Source: an uncultured Actinomycetes bacterium (GTDB lineage Bacteria; Actinomycetota; UBA4738; HRBIN12). Taken from it: a DNA stretch of 64,000 nucleotides. Where the stretch lies: assembly GCA_963710985.1 (NCBI GenBank), contig CAVQCI010000007.1, forward strand, positions 401,240 through 465,239, read 5' to 3'. Below are positions 39,473-47,864 of the stretch, piece by piece; the stretch's first letter is position 1; each line of letters begins with the position of its first letter. The position numbers and the translations under genes were made by a program. Below the pieces are notes generated by a model. It searched no databases. It saw only the letters and a list, made by a program, of their open reading frames with translations, and was not told the DNA's origin.

Positions 39473-39748
39473 ATGGGTGGACTGGTGCGGATCTGGGCAG
39501 GCGGCGACGCGTTCGAGGGCGAGCTGCTCCGCGGCCGCCTCGAGGTCGAGGGGATCGAGGCGCTCCTCAAAGGTGAGGGCGAGGGTCCCTATCGCGCCGG
39601 CCCGGTCTACCTCTTCGTGCCGACCGAGGACGAGACGCGGGCACGGGCCGTGCTGGACGCGGTCGCCTCGGGCGCCTACGCCGTCACGGACGACGACGTC
39701 GAGGGCGCGGCGACGGACGATGCTGCGGCGGTCGAGGACCGCGCCTGA
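39473..39748 (+). CDS. small hypothetical protein (DUF2007-like)
   Basis: MGGLVRIWAGGDAFEGELLRGRLEVEGIEALLKGE...VYLFVPTEDETRARAVL. Start taken at the internal ATG of ORF 39413..39748. Confidence 0.4.
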   Translation: MGGLVRIWAGGDAFEGELLRGRLEVEGIEALLKGEGEGPYRAGPVYLFVPTEDETRARAVLDAVASGAYAVTDDDVEGAATDDAAAVEDRA

Positions 39749-39754
39749 GGACGC

Positions 39755-40150
39755 TCAGCGCTTGGAGTACTGCGGCGCCTTGCGGGCCTTCTTCAACCCG
39801 TACTTGCGCCGTTCCTTCTCGCGCGCGTCGCGCATGAGGTAGCCCTCGGCCTTGAGCTGAGCGCGAAGCTCGGGCTCGAGCTCGATCAGGGCGCGCGCCA
39901 CGCCGAGACGGACCGCGCCGGCCTGACCGGCGACGCCGCCGCCGCGGATCGTGACCGAGATGTCGTAGTCCTTCTCCCGCCCGATCAGCCGCAGCGGCGA
40001 TTGCGCGATCATCCGGTGCACCCGCGTCGGGAAGTAGTCGTCGATCGGGCGGCCGTTGACGACGAAACCGCCTTCGCCCGGGACGATGCGCACGCGGGCG
40101 ACCGCTTCCTTGCGGCGTCCGGTCGACAGGTTCGCGGGGGTCACGGCCAC
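39755..40150 (-). CDS. rpsI: 30S ribosomal protein S9
   Basis: 131 aa from GTG 40150. GRRKEAVARVRI..., ends KKARKAPQYSKR. Confidence 0.93.
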   Translation of the reverse strand: MAVTPANLSTGRRKEAVARVRIVPGEGGFVVNGRPIDDYFPTRVHRMIAQSPLRLIGREKDYDISVTIRGGGVAGQAGAVRLGVARALIELEPELRAQLKAEGYLMRDAREKERRKYGLKKARKAPQYSKR

Positions 40151-40157
40151 GCTGGGT

Positions 40158-40880
40158 TCACTCCTCGGTCGTCTCGTCGGCCGCCTTCTTGGCGGGAGAC
40201 TTCTTCGCGGTGGGCTTCTTCGCGGTGGTCTTCTTCGCGGTGGGCTTCTTCGCGGTGGTCTTCTTCGCGGTGGGCTTCTTGGCCGCGCTCTTGGCCGCCG
40301 GCGGCTCCGCGGTGGTCTTCTTCGCGGCGGTCTTCTTGGCCGCGGCGGTCTTCGTCTTCGTGGCCGCTGCCGGCGCGACCTCGGTCTCCTCGGCCTTCGC
40401 CGCACGCGTACGCGGCTTGGGGGCCGGCAGGCCCTCCCACGCCGGGCGCTCGCCCAGCGCGAGCTCGGTGGGGCGCTGGGCGGCGTGCGGGTGCTCGGGT
40501 CCCGCCACGACGTGGAGCTTCTTGATCATCTGGCGACCGAGGCGGTTCTTCGGGAGCATCCCGCGCACCGCCTTCTCGACCGCGGCGACCGGCCTGGTCG
40601 CGAGCAGTTCGCCGTACTGGATCCCGCGGATCCCGCCCGGGTAGCCCGAATGCCGGTACGCGTACTTGTCCTGGGCCTTGTTGCCCGTCAGCTCCACCTT
40701 GTCGGCGTTGATCACGATCACGTGGTCGCCGGTGTCCATGTGCGGCGCGAACATCGGCTTGTGCTTGCCGCGCAACAGCGTGGCGACCTCGGTGGCGACG
40801 CGGCCCAGCACGTGGCCGCCGGCGTCGATGACGTACCAGCGGCGTTCGATGTGGTCAGGCTTCGGCGAGTAGGTCTTCAT
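40158..40880 (-). CDS. rplM: 50S ribosomal protein L13 with a roughly 95-aa Lys/Ala/Thr/Pro-rich C-terminal extension
   Basis: [30 protein letters not shown]... is a canonical L13 core of about 145 aa. It is followed by ...[61 protein letters not shown]. Confidence 0.93.
   Translation of the reverse strand: MKTYSPKPDHIERRWYVIDAGGHVLGRVATEVATLLRGKHKPMFAPHMDTGDHVIVINADKVELTGNKAQDKYAYRHSGYPGGIRGIQYGELLATRPVAAVEKAVRGMLPKNRLGRQMIKKLHVVAGPEHPHAAQRPTELALGERPAWEGLPAPKPRTRAAKAEETEVAPAAATKTKTAAAKKTAAKKTTAEPPAAKSAAKKPTAKKTTAKKPTAKKTTAKKPTAKKSPAKKAADETTEE
40201..40280. repeat. perfect 30-bp tandem repeat (2.7 copies) inside the rplM tail
   Basis: ttcttcgcggtgggcttcttcgcggtggtc occurs at 40201-40230 and 40231-40260. 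Its first 20 nt occur again at 40261-40280. It encodes the [10 protein letters not shown] repeats. Confidence 0.9.
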
Positions 40881-40889
40881 CGTGAAGAT

Positions 40890-40909
40890 GTCGGCGCGGG
40901 CGCGCCGAC
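40890..40909 (-). promoter_or_regulatory. stem-loop in the rplM leader, 9 nt upstream of the start codon
   Basis: GTCGGCGCG-gg-CGCGCCGAC (perfect 9-bp arms). No obvious SD lies between it and ATG 40880. Confidence 0.3.
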
Positions 40910-40918
40910 CGGGTGATA

Positions 40919-40949
40919 AGGCTACCTGCGCGAACGCTCCGGCGTCAAA
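40919..40949 (-). promoter_or_regulatory. candidate rplM-rpsI promoter
   Basis: On the minus strand: TTGACG (40944-40949), a 19-nt spacer, then TAGCCT (40919-40924). The spacer is long, so confidence is low. Confidence 0.25.
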
Positions 40950-40987
40950 GCCAGGCCGGGCGCCTGCATCCTGAGTATCGTCGCGCG

Positions 40988-42265
40988 GTGGCGTACACGC
41001 TCAGCTTCGTGATCCCCGACTCGGCGTCCTCCGTCCTGCTGGTCGAGGATGGATCCGGATGGGCGCTGCCCCGTGTGGCGAGCGAGGAGCCCGAGATCGT
41101 CCTCGGCGTGGCGCCGGCCCTGCGTGACCTCGTGGGGGATGACGTCGTCGTGCTCCGCGAGGTGCGGTTCGGTCCGATGCCGCCGCCGGAGGACTCGCTC
41201 GTCTACCTGACCGAGCCCGTCCGCGACCCGCATGCCGCGCGGGGACGGTGGTGGACCCGGACGGACCTCGGCGACCTGGACCTCGGCGATCCGCGCGATC
41301 GCTCGGCCCTGGAGACGTGGTTCCGGGAGGACGCGCCCGCCTCGCTCCAACCGTGGCAGCGCGAGGGCTGGTTCACGACGGCCGTCGCGTGGATCGACGA
41401 GGTCCTGCCCGGCGTCTCGGAGGTGCGCCAGTTCGCGACGTGGTGCAACTCGTGCGTCCTACGCGTCACGTCCGCCCGAGGTCGCTCCTGGTTCAAGGCC
41501 GTGCCGGCCTACTGGGCCCGCGAACCGGCGGTGATGGCGATGCTCGCCGAGCTCCTCCCGGGACGGACACCCGCGGTCCTCGCCCTCGAGCCGGAGCGCG
41601 GCTGGATGCTGCTCGAGGACCTCGGCGGAGAAGCAGCAGATGCGTTGCCGGTGGAGGAACGGGTCGGCGCGCTCGACGCGATCGGCGAGCTGCACCGCGC
41701 CGGCGCGCACCTCACCGACGCGTTGCTCGACGGCGGCTGCCTCGATCGCCGGCCCACCGTCCTGTCGGCCCAGATCGCGGCGCTCGCCGCGGACACGACG
41801 GTCGCGCTGCCGGGTGACCTGGGCACGCGCTTGCGTGCGGCGGTCCCGCGGCTCCAGGAGCTCTGCACCGAGCTGGCCTCGTCCGTGATCCCGCCGACCC
41901 TCGTCCACGGCGACCTCCACGCCGGGAACGTCATGCGGATCGACGACCGCTTCGTCGTGTTCGACTGGAGCGACGCGTGCGTCGCCGACCCGTTCGTCGA
42001 CGTGCTCATGTTCCTGGCCAGGCTGCCGGACGATCCGAGCCTGCGCACGGCGTGCCGCGAGCGCTACCTGGAAGCGTGGCCCGGGGTCACGCGATCCGAG
42101 GCCGCCGCCTACGCCGAGCTGGCGGAGCCGCTCGCCGCGATGCACCATGCGGTCTCGTACCGAGGCATCTACGACGCGTTCGGCCCGTACGAGTGGTGGC
42201 TCTTCGCGGGGTCGCTGCCCCGGTGGATCGAGCACGCGCTCGCATGTCCGATCGTCGCGGCCTGA
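40988..42265 (+). CDS. aminoglycoside/choline-kinase-type phosphotransferase (APH) family protein
   Basis: Catalytic loop [11 protein letters not shown] and [11 protein letters not shown]. Start set to GTG 40988, because the ORF-track start at 40913 would lie inside the rplM promoter region. Confidence 0.7.
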   Translation: MAYTLSFVIPDSASSVLLVEDGSGWALPRVASEEPEIVLGVAPALRDLVGDDVVVLREVRFGPMPPPEDSLVYLTEPVRDPHAARGRWWTRTDLGDLDLGDPRDRSALETWFREDAPASLQPWQREGWFTTAVAWIDEVLPGVSEVRQFATWCNSCVLRVTSARGRSWFKAVPAYWAREPAVMAMLAELLPGRTPAVLALEPERGWMLLEDLGGEAADALPVEERVGALDAIGELHRAGAHLTDALLDGGCLDRRPTVLSAQIAALAADTTVALPGDLGTRLRAAVPRLQELCTELASSVIPPTLVHGDLHAGNVMRIDDRFVVFDWSDACVADPFVDVLMFLARLPDDPSLRTACRERYLEAWPGVTRSEAAAYAELAEPLAAMHHAVSYRGIYDAFGPYEWWLFAGSLPRWIEHALACPIVAA

Positions 42266-42322
42266 ACGGCTGCTCGAGGGCTCGGGGGGCTCGCGGAAGC
42301 GGAGTGCGTCGCCCAGCCCCCG

Positions 42323-42517
42323 TCAAAGGCGGGCTCGCACGGCGCGCTCGAACCCAACCCGATCCGGCTGGGCTTTGATCGCCGCCCAGATCTGCGGACA
42401 TCTGGCGTCCGGGCCTACGCCCAGCACCTCCCGGACGGCCGCGTCCACGACGCGCTTGTCCTCGGCGGAGGGCGAGGGCGGCAGCAGCGTCGCGAGGTGC
42501 CTCGTGTAGCAGGTCAC
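42323..42517 (-). CDS. small hypothetical protein (64 aa) downstream of arsM
   Basis: GTG 42517, 9 nt after the arsM stop. (V)TCYTRHLATLL...ARCPQIWAAIKAQPDRVGFERAV, with Cys3, His7 and Cys40. Confidence 0.45.
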   Translation of the reverse strand: MTCYTRHLATLLPPSPSAEDKRVVDAAVREVLGVGPDARCPQIWAAIKAQPDRVGFERAVRARL

Positions 42518-42526
42518 CGGCCCAGC

Positions 42527-43279
42527 CTACGCTGGCCGGCGAGCGCGGATCAGCGCCCCGTGCATCCCGTCGGCCACCGCGTGGGTCGGCTCGATCGTGA
42601 CCTCGACGAACCCGGCATGCTCCAGCCCCCGCCGGTACTCGGCGAACGACAGGGCGCCCGCGATGCACCCCGCCAGGGAACCCCGCTCGGCCCGCTCGTG
42701 CGCGCTCAGCCCGTCCTCGGCCACGATGTCGGACACGCCGATCCGCCCGCCGGGCTTGAGGATCCGCGCCATCTCCGCGAAGACCGCTTGCTTGTCGGCC
42801 GACAGGTTGATCACGCAGTTCGAGATGACCACGTCGACGCTGCGGTCGGGCAGCGGGATCGCCTCGATGTAGCCCTGCAGGAACTCGACGTTCCCGGCGC
42901 GGGCCGTCGCGGCGTTCTCGCGCGCCAGCGCGAGCATCTCCTCGGTCATGTCCAGGCCGTAGGCCCTGCCGGTGGGGCCGACCCGCTTCGCGCTCAGCAG
43001 CACGTCGATCCCGCCGCCGCTGCCGAGGTCCAGGACGGTCTCCCCCTCGCGGAGGTCGGCGACCATGAACGGGTTGCCGCAGCCCAGGCTCGCGAGGACC
43101 GCGGCCTCGGGCAGGTCGGCGACGTCCTCCCCGTACAGCGCGGCGCCGAAGATCTCCGATCCGACGTCGAGCGCGTCCGCGTCGCAGCAGGGGTCCGGCC
43201 CGCAGCAGCCGCCGCCCAGGACGGCGAGCGCCGCCCTCGCGTAGTGCTCCCGAACCTCGTCGCGCACCTCGTCGCTCAC
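42527..43279 (-). CDS. arsM: arsenite S-adenosylmethionine methyltransferase
   Basis: GTG 43279 overlaps the arsR stop (GTGA). SAM motif VLDLGSGGGID, Cys clusters GGGCCGPDPCC and LAGCIAG, and ISNCVINL. Confidence 0.85.
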   Translation of the reverse strand: MSDEVRDEVREHYARAALAVLGGGCCGPDPCCDADALDVGSEIFGAALYGEDVADLPEAAVLASLGCGNPFMVADLREGETVLDLGSGGGIDVLLSAKRVGPTGRAYGLDMTEEMLALARENAATARAGNVEFLQGYIEAIPLPDRSVDVVISNCVINLSADKQAVFAEMARILKPGGRIGVSDIVAEDGLSAHERAERGSLAGCIAGALSFAEYRRGLEHAGFVEVTIEPTHAVADGMHGALIRARRPA

Positions 43280-43647
43280 CGTGGCCCCTTCCCGCCGAAC
43301 CGCAGGACCTCGCCGAGGCGGCGGGCCGCCTCGCGGTTCAGGCTCCAGTACACCCAGATGCCGCGCTTGTCCCGGTCGAGGATCCCCGCGTCGTGCAGCT
43401 TCTTCAGGTGGAAGCTGACCGTTGGCTGCGAGAGCCCGAGCGGTCCCTCGAGGTCGCAGCCGCAGACCGCCTCCGACGACGTCGCGAGCAGGTTCACGAT
43501 CCGGACCCTGGCCGGATCGGCGAGCGCCTTGAACAGCGTGGCGGTGGCCGCGGCCTCGTCGTCGGAGAGGTCCGGCGACGCGATCGGCGCGCAGCAGGCC
43601 ACCGCCTGCTCCGTCTCCACCAGCTCGAGCGTTCGGCGCATGGCCAT
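43276..43647 (-). CDS. arsR: ArsR/SmtB family transcriptional regulator
   Basis: 123 aa, intact. N-terminal vicinal Cys (VACCAP), CGCDLEG, and HTH LSQPTVSFHLKKLHDAGIL. The real start may be the second ATG at 43641. Confidence 0.85.
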   Translation of the reverse strand: MAMRRTLELVETEQAVACCAPIASPDLSDDEAAATATLFKALADPARVRIVNLLATSSEAVCGCDLEGPLGLSQPTVSFHLKKLHDAGILDRDKRGIWVYWSLNREAARRLGEVLRFGGKGPR

Positions 43648-43685
43648 ATATTGACAGATGTCGATATCCTTGCCAACGTATCGAC
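43648..43685 (-). promoter_or_regulatory. candidate arsR-arsM promoter with flanking inverted repeat (operator)
   Basis: On the minus strand: TTGGCA (43671-43676), a 17-nt spacer, then CAATAT (43648-43653). The second ATG lies 6 nt further on, which would suit a leaderless mRNA. Inverted repeat GTCGATA (43660-43666) / TATCGAC (43679-43685) brackets the -35. Confidence 0.4.
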
Positions 43686-43736
43686 GATGTTCGATACGAC
43701 GGGTTCGACACGACCAGGCGGAAGGAGGTGCGCGCG

Positions 43737-43790
43737 ATGCTGAGGCTCGGAGACGACGACCCGTTCTGCTGCCCGCCCGGCTGCTGCTGA
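43737..43790 (+). CDS. candidate 17-codon Cys-rich sORF (MLRLGDDDPFCCPPGCC)
   Basis: AAGGAGG at 43722-43728, 8 nt before ATG 43737; TGA at 43788-43790. Divergent from arsR-arsM. Not in the ORF track because it is too short. Confidence 0.3.
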   Translation: MLRLGDDDPFCCPPGCC

Positions 43791-43801
43791 GCGACGCGCC
43801 G

Positions 43802-44587
43802 CTAGGGGCGGGGGGACCGGCCGGCCCTTCGCTCCTCGCGGCGGCGACCGTACACCACGCGCTCGAGCGTGAGCCCCTGCGGCGGCGCGACGGCCGCCGC
43901 CCTGGACCGGTCCCGCGCGGCGACCGCCGACGCCACGTCCTCCGGCGTGACCGTCCCCTCCCCGACCGCGACGAGCGTGCCCACGATCGAGCGCACCATC
44001 TGATGGAGGAACGCGTTGGCGCGCAACGAGAAGACGACGTGCTGCCCGTCGCGCGACACCGTCAGCCGCTGCAGGTCGCGCACGGTCGAGCCGATCCCCG
44101 CCCGGGTGGCGGCAGAACGACGTGAAGTCGTGCTCCCCCACCAGGGCCCGCGCCCCGCGCGCATCGCGCCGACCGACAGCGCCCCCGGCCGGTGCCACAC
44201 GAACCGCGCGGTGAACGGGTCGGCCACCGCGCCGGTGTCCACGACGTAGCGGTACTCGCGCGCCGACGCCGAGAACCGGGCGTCGAACCCGTCCGGCGCG
44301 TACGCGGCGTCCCGCACCACGACCTCGGGGGCGAGCCGGCCGTTCACGGCAGTCTGGAGCCGCTCCGGCGCGATCGAGGACGCCGTCACGAACGACACGA
44401 CCTGGCCCCGGGCGTGCACCCCGGCGTCGGTGCGCCCGGCCACCGACAGCCGCACCTCCCCTCGCAGGACCCTGGCGAGCGCCTCCCCGAGCGCACCCTC
44501 GATCGTCCGCACCGAGGCGTCGCGCTGTCGCGCCCAGCCGTGGAACGCGGTGCCGTCGTAGGCGACGAGCAGGCGGATCGTGCTCAT
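43802..44587 (-). pseudogene. truA: tRNA pseudouridine38-40 synthase TruA with a compensated pair of indels
   Basis: MSTIRLLVAYDGTAFHGWARQ and GRTDAGVHA are in frame. The conserved ARALVGEHDFTSFCRHPGGDR block is readable only in another frame, between about 44156 and 44091. After it, STVRDLQRLTVSRDGQHVVFSLRANAFLHQMVR is back in the original frame. Confidence 0.85.
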
Positions 44588-44630
44588 GGACCGGGAGTAT
44601 GGCGCCGGGAGCCGGCGGTAGGCTCGGGCG

Positions 44631-45069
44631 GTGCTGCGCATGCGACCGGCCGGGGCGGAGGACCTAGACGCCGTCCTCGAGCTGCTCGGCGAGCTCTACG
44701 CCGACCAGGACCGCCCGGACGCCGGGATCGCCCGCGACGCATGGCGGGCGATGCTGGCGCAGGCGGGCCGCGCGGTCCTCGTCGCCGAGCTCGAGGGCAT
44801 GGTCGTCGGGACCGCGGACACGATCGTGATGCCGAACCTGACGCGCGGCGCCCGACCGTGGGTGAGCGTCGAGAACGTGGTCGTGAGCGGCGTCGCACCG
44901 TCGCCGCGGCGTCGGGCGGGCGATGTTCGAGGAGATCTTCGCGCGCGCGGCGCGCGCGGGCGCGTACAAGGTCCAGCTGATGGCGGGCGTCGAGCACGAC
45001 CCCGCGCACGACTTCTACGAAGCGCTGGGCTTCGAACGCTCGGCCCAGGCGTTCAAACGCTACCTGTGA
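44631..45069 (+). pseudogene. GNAT family N-acetyltransferase, frame broken by one extra base
   Basis: MLRMRPAGAEDLDAVLELLGELY...VSVENVVVSGVA is in frame 1. RRRGVGRAMFEEIFARAARAGAYKVQLMAGVEHDPAHDFYEALGFERSAQAFKRYL is in another frame. The junction is near 44898. Length is 439 nt (3n+1). Confidence 0.7.
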
Positions 45070-45074
45070 ACGAC

Positions 45075-45101
45075 GAGGGGGGGGCCGAAGCCCCGCCCCT
45101 C
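45075..45101. terminator. GC-rich hairpin between the convergent GNAT and rplQ genes
   Basis: GAGGGGGGGG-ccgaag-CCCC(g)CCCCTC, a 10-bp stem with one bulge. No U-tract. Confidence 0.35.
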
Positions 45102-45126
45102 GAACGCGGCGCGAAGCCTCGGCGGG

Positions 45127-45489
45127 TTAGATCTCCTTCTCGACCAGCTCGATCCGCGCCATCGGGGCGCCGTCGCCCTTGCGCGGGCCGAGCTTGAGGA
45201 TCCGGGTGTAGCCGCCGTCGCGCTCGGCGAAGCGGGGCCCGATCTCGTGGAACAGCCGCGCGACCACGTCGCGGTCGGGGATGTCCTTGAGGACCTCGCG
45301 GCGCGCCGCGAGGTCGCCCTTCTTCGCCTTGGTGATCATCTGCTCCGCGTAGGGACGCAGCGCCTTGGCCTTCGCCTCGGTCGTGTCGATCTGCTCGTGC
45401 ACGAACAGCTGCTTCGCGAGCGTCGACAGCATCAGGCGTTGGTGGGCGGGGCCGGAGCCCAGGCGCGGTCCCTTCTTCGGCTTCGGCAC
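45127..45489 (-). CDS. rplQ: 50S ribosomal protein L17
   Basis: 120 aa. [21 protein letters not shown]... Confidence 0.95.
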   Translation of the reverse strand: MPKPKKGPRLGSGPAHQRLMLSTLAKQLFVHEQIDTTEAKAKALRPYAEQMITKAKKGDLAARREVLKDIPDRDVVARLFHEIGPRFAERDGGYTRILKLGPRKGDGAPMARIELVEKEI

Positions 45490-45496
45490 GTCGGGC

Positions 45497-46426
45497 TCAC
45501 TCCTCCCGCAGGCCGAGCCCGAGCTCCTCGAGCTTGGCCTTGACCTCGTCGATCGACTTCTGCCCGAAGTTGCGGATGTCCATCAGCTCGCCCTCGGACT
45601 TCTGGACGAGGTCGCCGACGGCGTTGATCCCTTCGCGCTTCAGGCAGTTGTAGGAGCGGACCGACAGGTTCAGCTCCTCGATCGTGATCTGGTAGTCGGT
45701 CGGCAGCTCCTCGTCCTCGGCCGGGCCGACCGAGACGCTCGGCGCCTCCGCGAGGTCGGAGAAGAGCTGGACGAGCTCGAGCAGCGTGCCGCCGGCGGAC
45801 GCGAGCGCCTCGCGCGGAGACACCGAGCCGTCGGTCTCGACGTCGAGGATCAGCCGATCGCGGTCGGTCATCTGCTCGACCCGCGTGTTCTCGACCGAGT
45901 ACGACACCTTGCGCACGGGCGAGAAGATCGAGTCGACCGGGATCACGCCGATCGGATCGCGCGGCTTCTTGTTCTTGTCCGCGATCCGGTAGCCGACCCC
46001 GCGCTCGACGGTCATCTCCATCTCGAGCGATCCGCCCTTGCCGATCGTGGCGATGTGCAGGTCGGGGTTGAGGATCTCGATGCCCGCGGGCGGCGCAACG
46101 TCGCCGGCCGTGACCTCCGCCGGGCCCTTGGCCTTCAGGTAGATCGTGGTCGGCTCGTCGAGCTCGGAGCGGGCCACGAGCTCCTTCAGGTTGAGGATGA
46201 TGTCGGTGACGTCCTCCGTGACCTTCGGGATCGTGGCGAACTCGTGCAGCACGCTGTCGATCCGGACCGACGAGATCGCGGCACCCGGGATCGACGAGAG
46301 CAACGTACGGCGAAGCGAGTTGCCGACGGTGTAGCCGAACCCGGGCTCGAGCGGCTCGATCGTGAACTTCGAGCGGGTCGGCGAAAGCTGGTCCTCAGCG
46401 ATCTGAGGCCTCGCGACGATGAACAA
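45497..46426 (-). CDS. rpoA: DNA-directed RNA polymerase subunit alpha
   Basis: 309 aa, TTG start with [36 protein letters not shown], and [19 protein letters not shown]. Confidence 0.95.
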   Translation of the reverse strand: MFIVARPQIAEDQLSPTRSKFTIEPLEPGFGYTVGNSLRRTLLSSIPGAAISSVRIDSVLHEFATIPKVTEDVTDIILNLKELVARSELDEPTTIYLKAKGPAEVTAGDVAPPAGIEILNPDLHIATIGKGGSLEMEMTVERGVGYRIADKNKKPRDPIGVIPVDSIFSPVRKVSYSVENTRVEQMTDRDRLILDVETDGSVSPREALASAGGTLLELVQLFSDLAEAPSVSVGPAEDEELPTDYQITIEELNLSVRSYNCLKREGINAVGDLVQKSEGELMDIRNFGQKSIDEVKAKLEELGLGLREE

Positions 46427-46518
46427 CGTGCATCCCTCCTCGGCGGGGGATCATCCACTGCTCCCCACCATCTGGGTTTCCCGGGCGCGGGTGCGCGTCC
46501 GGGCCGTCCGCGCGCGTG

Positions 46519-46911
46519 CTAGACGCGGCGGCGCTTGCGCGGCCGGCAGCCGTTGTGCGGCACCGGCGTCACGTCCTGGATCCCGGCGATCTCGAGCCCC
46601 GCCGCGGCGAGCGACCGGATCGCCGTCTCGCGGCCCGAGCCCGGACCCTTCACGAACACGTCGACCTTCTGCAGGCCGTGCTCCTGCGCGGCGCGGGCGG
46701 CCTTCTCGGCGGCCAGCTGCGCGGCGAACGGCGTCGACTTGCGCGAACCCTTGAAGCCGACGTTGCCGGCGCTGGCCCACGAGAGCGTGTTGCCCTGCAG
46801 GTCGGTGATCGTGACGATCGTGTTGTTGAAGGTCGACTTGATGTGCGCCTGTCCGTGCAGGACGTGCTTCTTCTCGCGGCGCTTGGTCTTCTTGGCTTTG
46901 GGCTTCGCCAT
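46519..46911 (-). CDS. rpsK: 30S ribosomal protein S11
   Basis: 130 aa. [18 protein letters not shown]...[20 protein letters not shown]. Confidence 0.95.
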   Translation of the reverse strand: MAKPKAKKTKRREKKHVLHGQAHIKSTFNNTIVTITDLQGNTLSWASAGNVGFKGSRKSTPFAAQLAAEKAARAAQEHGLQKVDVFVKGPGSGRETAIRSLAAAGLEIAGIQDVTPVPHNGCRPRKRRRV

Positions 46912-46923
46912 CCGTGTGTCCCC

Positions 46924-47307
46924 TTACTTCTTCCGGGCAGCCTTCTTCTTGCCGGCGATCGCCTTCTTCGGGCCTTTGCGCGTGCGTGCGTTCGTGTGCG
47001 TGCGCTGGCCCCGCACCGGCAGCGAACGGCGGTGGCGGATGCCCTGGTAACAGCCGATCTCGATCTTGCGCTTGATGTCCTGCGCGACCTCGCGGCGGAG
47101 GTCGCCCTCGACCTTGTAGTTGCGGTCGATGAAGTCACGGATCCGCACCACCTCGTCCTCGGAGAGGTCGCGGACCTTCGTGCCGCCGTCGATCCCGGTG
47201 CCCTGGACGATCTGGTAGGCGCGGGTGGGGCCTATCCCGTAGATGTAGCGAAGGGCGATATCGAGCCGCTTGTCGCGGGGCAGGTCGACGCCGACGATCC
47301 GAGCCAT
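46924..47307 (-). CDS. rpsM: 30S ribosomal protein S13
   Basis: 127 aa. [26 protein letters not shown]... Confidence 0.95.
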   Translation of the reverse strand: MARIVGVDLPRDKRLDIALRYIYGIGPTRAYQIVQGTGIDGGTKVRDLSEDEVVRIRDFIDRNYKVEGDLRREVAQDIKRKIEIGCYQGIRHRRSLPVRGQRTHTNARTRKGPKKAIAGKKKAARKK

Positions 47308-47322
47308 ACCTCGTTCCTCTCC

Positions 47323-47436
47323 TCAGCCCTGACGCTGCTTGTGGCGCGGGTTCGAACAGATGACCAGGACGCGCCCGCGCCGGCGGATCACGCGGCACCG
47401 GTCGCAGATCTTCTTCACCGACGGACGCACTTTCAT
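47323..47436 (-). CDS. rpmJ: 50S ribosomal protein L36 (Zn-binding C+ form)
   Basis: 37 aa. [37 protein letters not shown]. Confidence 0.9.
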   Translation of the reverse strand: MKVRPSVKKICDRCRVIRRRGRVLVICSNPRHKQRQG

Positions 47437-47449
47437 GTCTGTTCCTCGT

Positions 47450-47668
47450 TCACTTGTACCGGTACACCACACGACCCCGGCTGAGGTCGTAGGGCGACAG
47501 CTCCACCTTGACCCGGTCCCCCGGGAGGATCCGGATGTAGTGCATCCGCATCTTCCCCGAGATGTGGGCGAGCACCTTGTGCCCGTTCTCCAGCTCCACG
47601 CGGAACATGGCGTTCGGCAGGGGCTCGATGACCGTCCCCTCGACCTCGATGACGTCGTCCTTGGCCAC
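47450..47668 (-). CDS. infA: translation initiation factor IF-1
   Basis: 72 aa from GTG 47668. [52 protein letters not shown]. Confidence 0.93.
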   Translation of the reverse strand: MAKDDVIEVEGTVIEPLPNAMFRVELENGHKVLAHISGKMRMHYIRILPGDRVKVELSPYDLSRGRVVYRYK

Positions 47669-47864
47669 GCTCCGGCTGTTCCTGTTCGGTCGGGATCCCC
47701 CGGTCGCTTCAGACGCGAAGAACACACCTCCGACCGGGGCGAGCGGCCAGTATAGGGGCAGGTCAGCGTGGATGTCCACGTGCCTTAGGGCCGGGTCGTT
47801 CGGCCCCTAGGTCGCGGGACGGGCGCGCGATGGGGCCTTCACCCTGGCTGGCTACGGTGGACGC

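Noticed and set aside
43651-43656. TTGACA as the -35 of a promoter for the Cys-rich sORF
   Set aside because: No acceptable -10 (TANNNT) follows at 16-19 nt. The hexamer overlaps the -10 of the better-supported minus-strand arsR promoter.
47786-47809. Imperfect hairpin tagggccg...cggccccta as a terminator
   Set aside because: It lies in the divergent promoter region between infA (minus) and the M23 gene (plus), so nothing terminates there. The stem also has a bulge.
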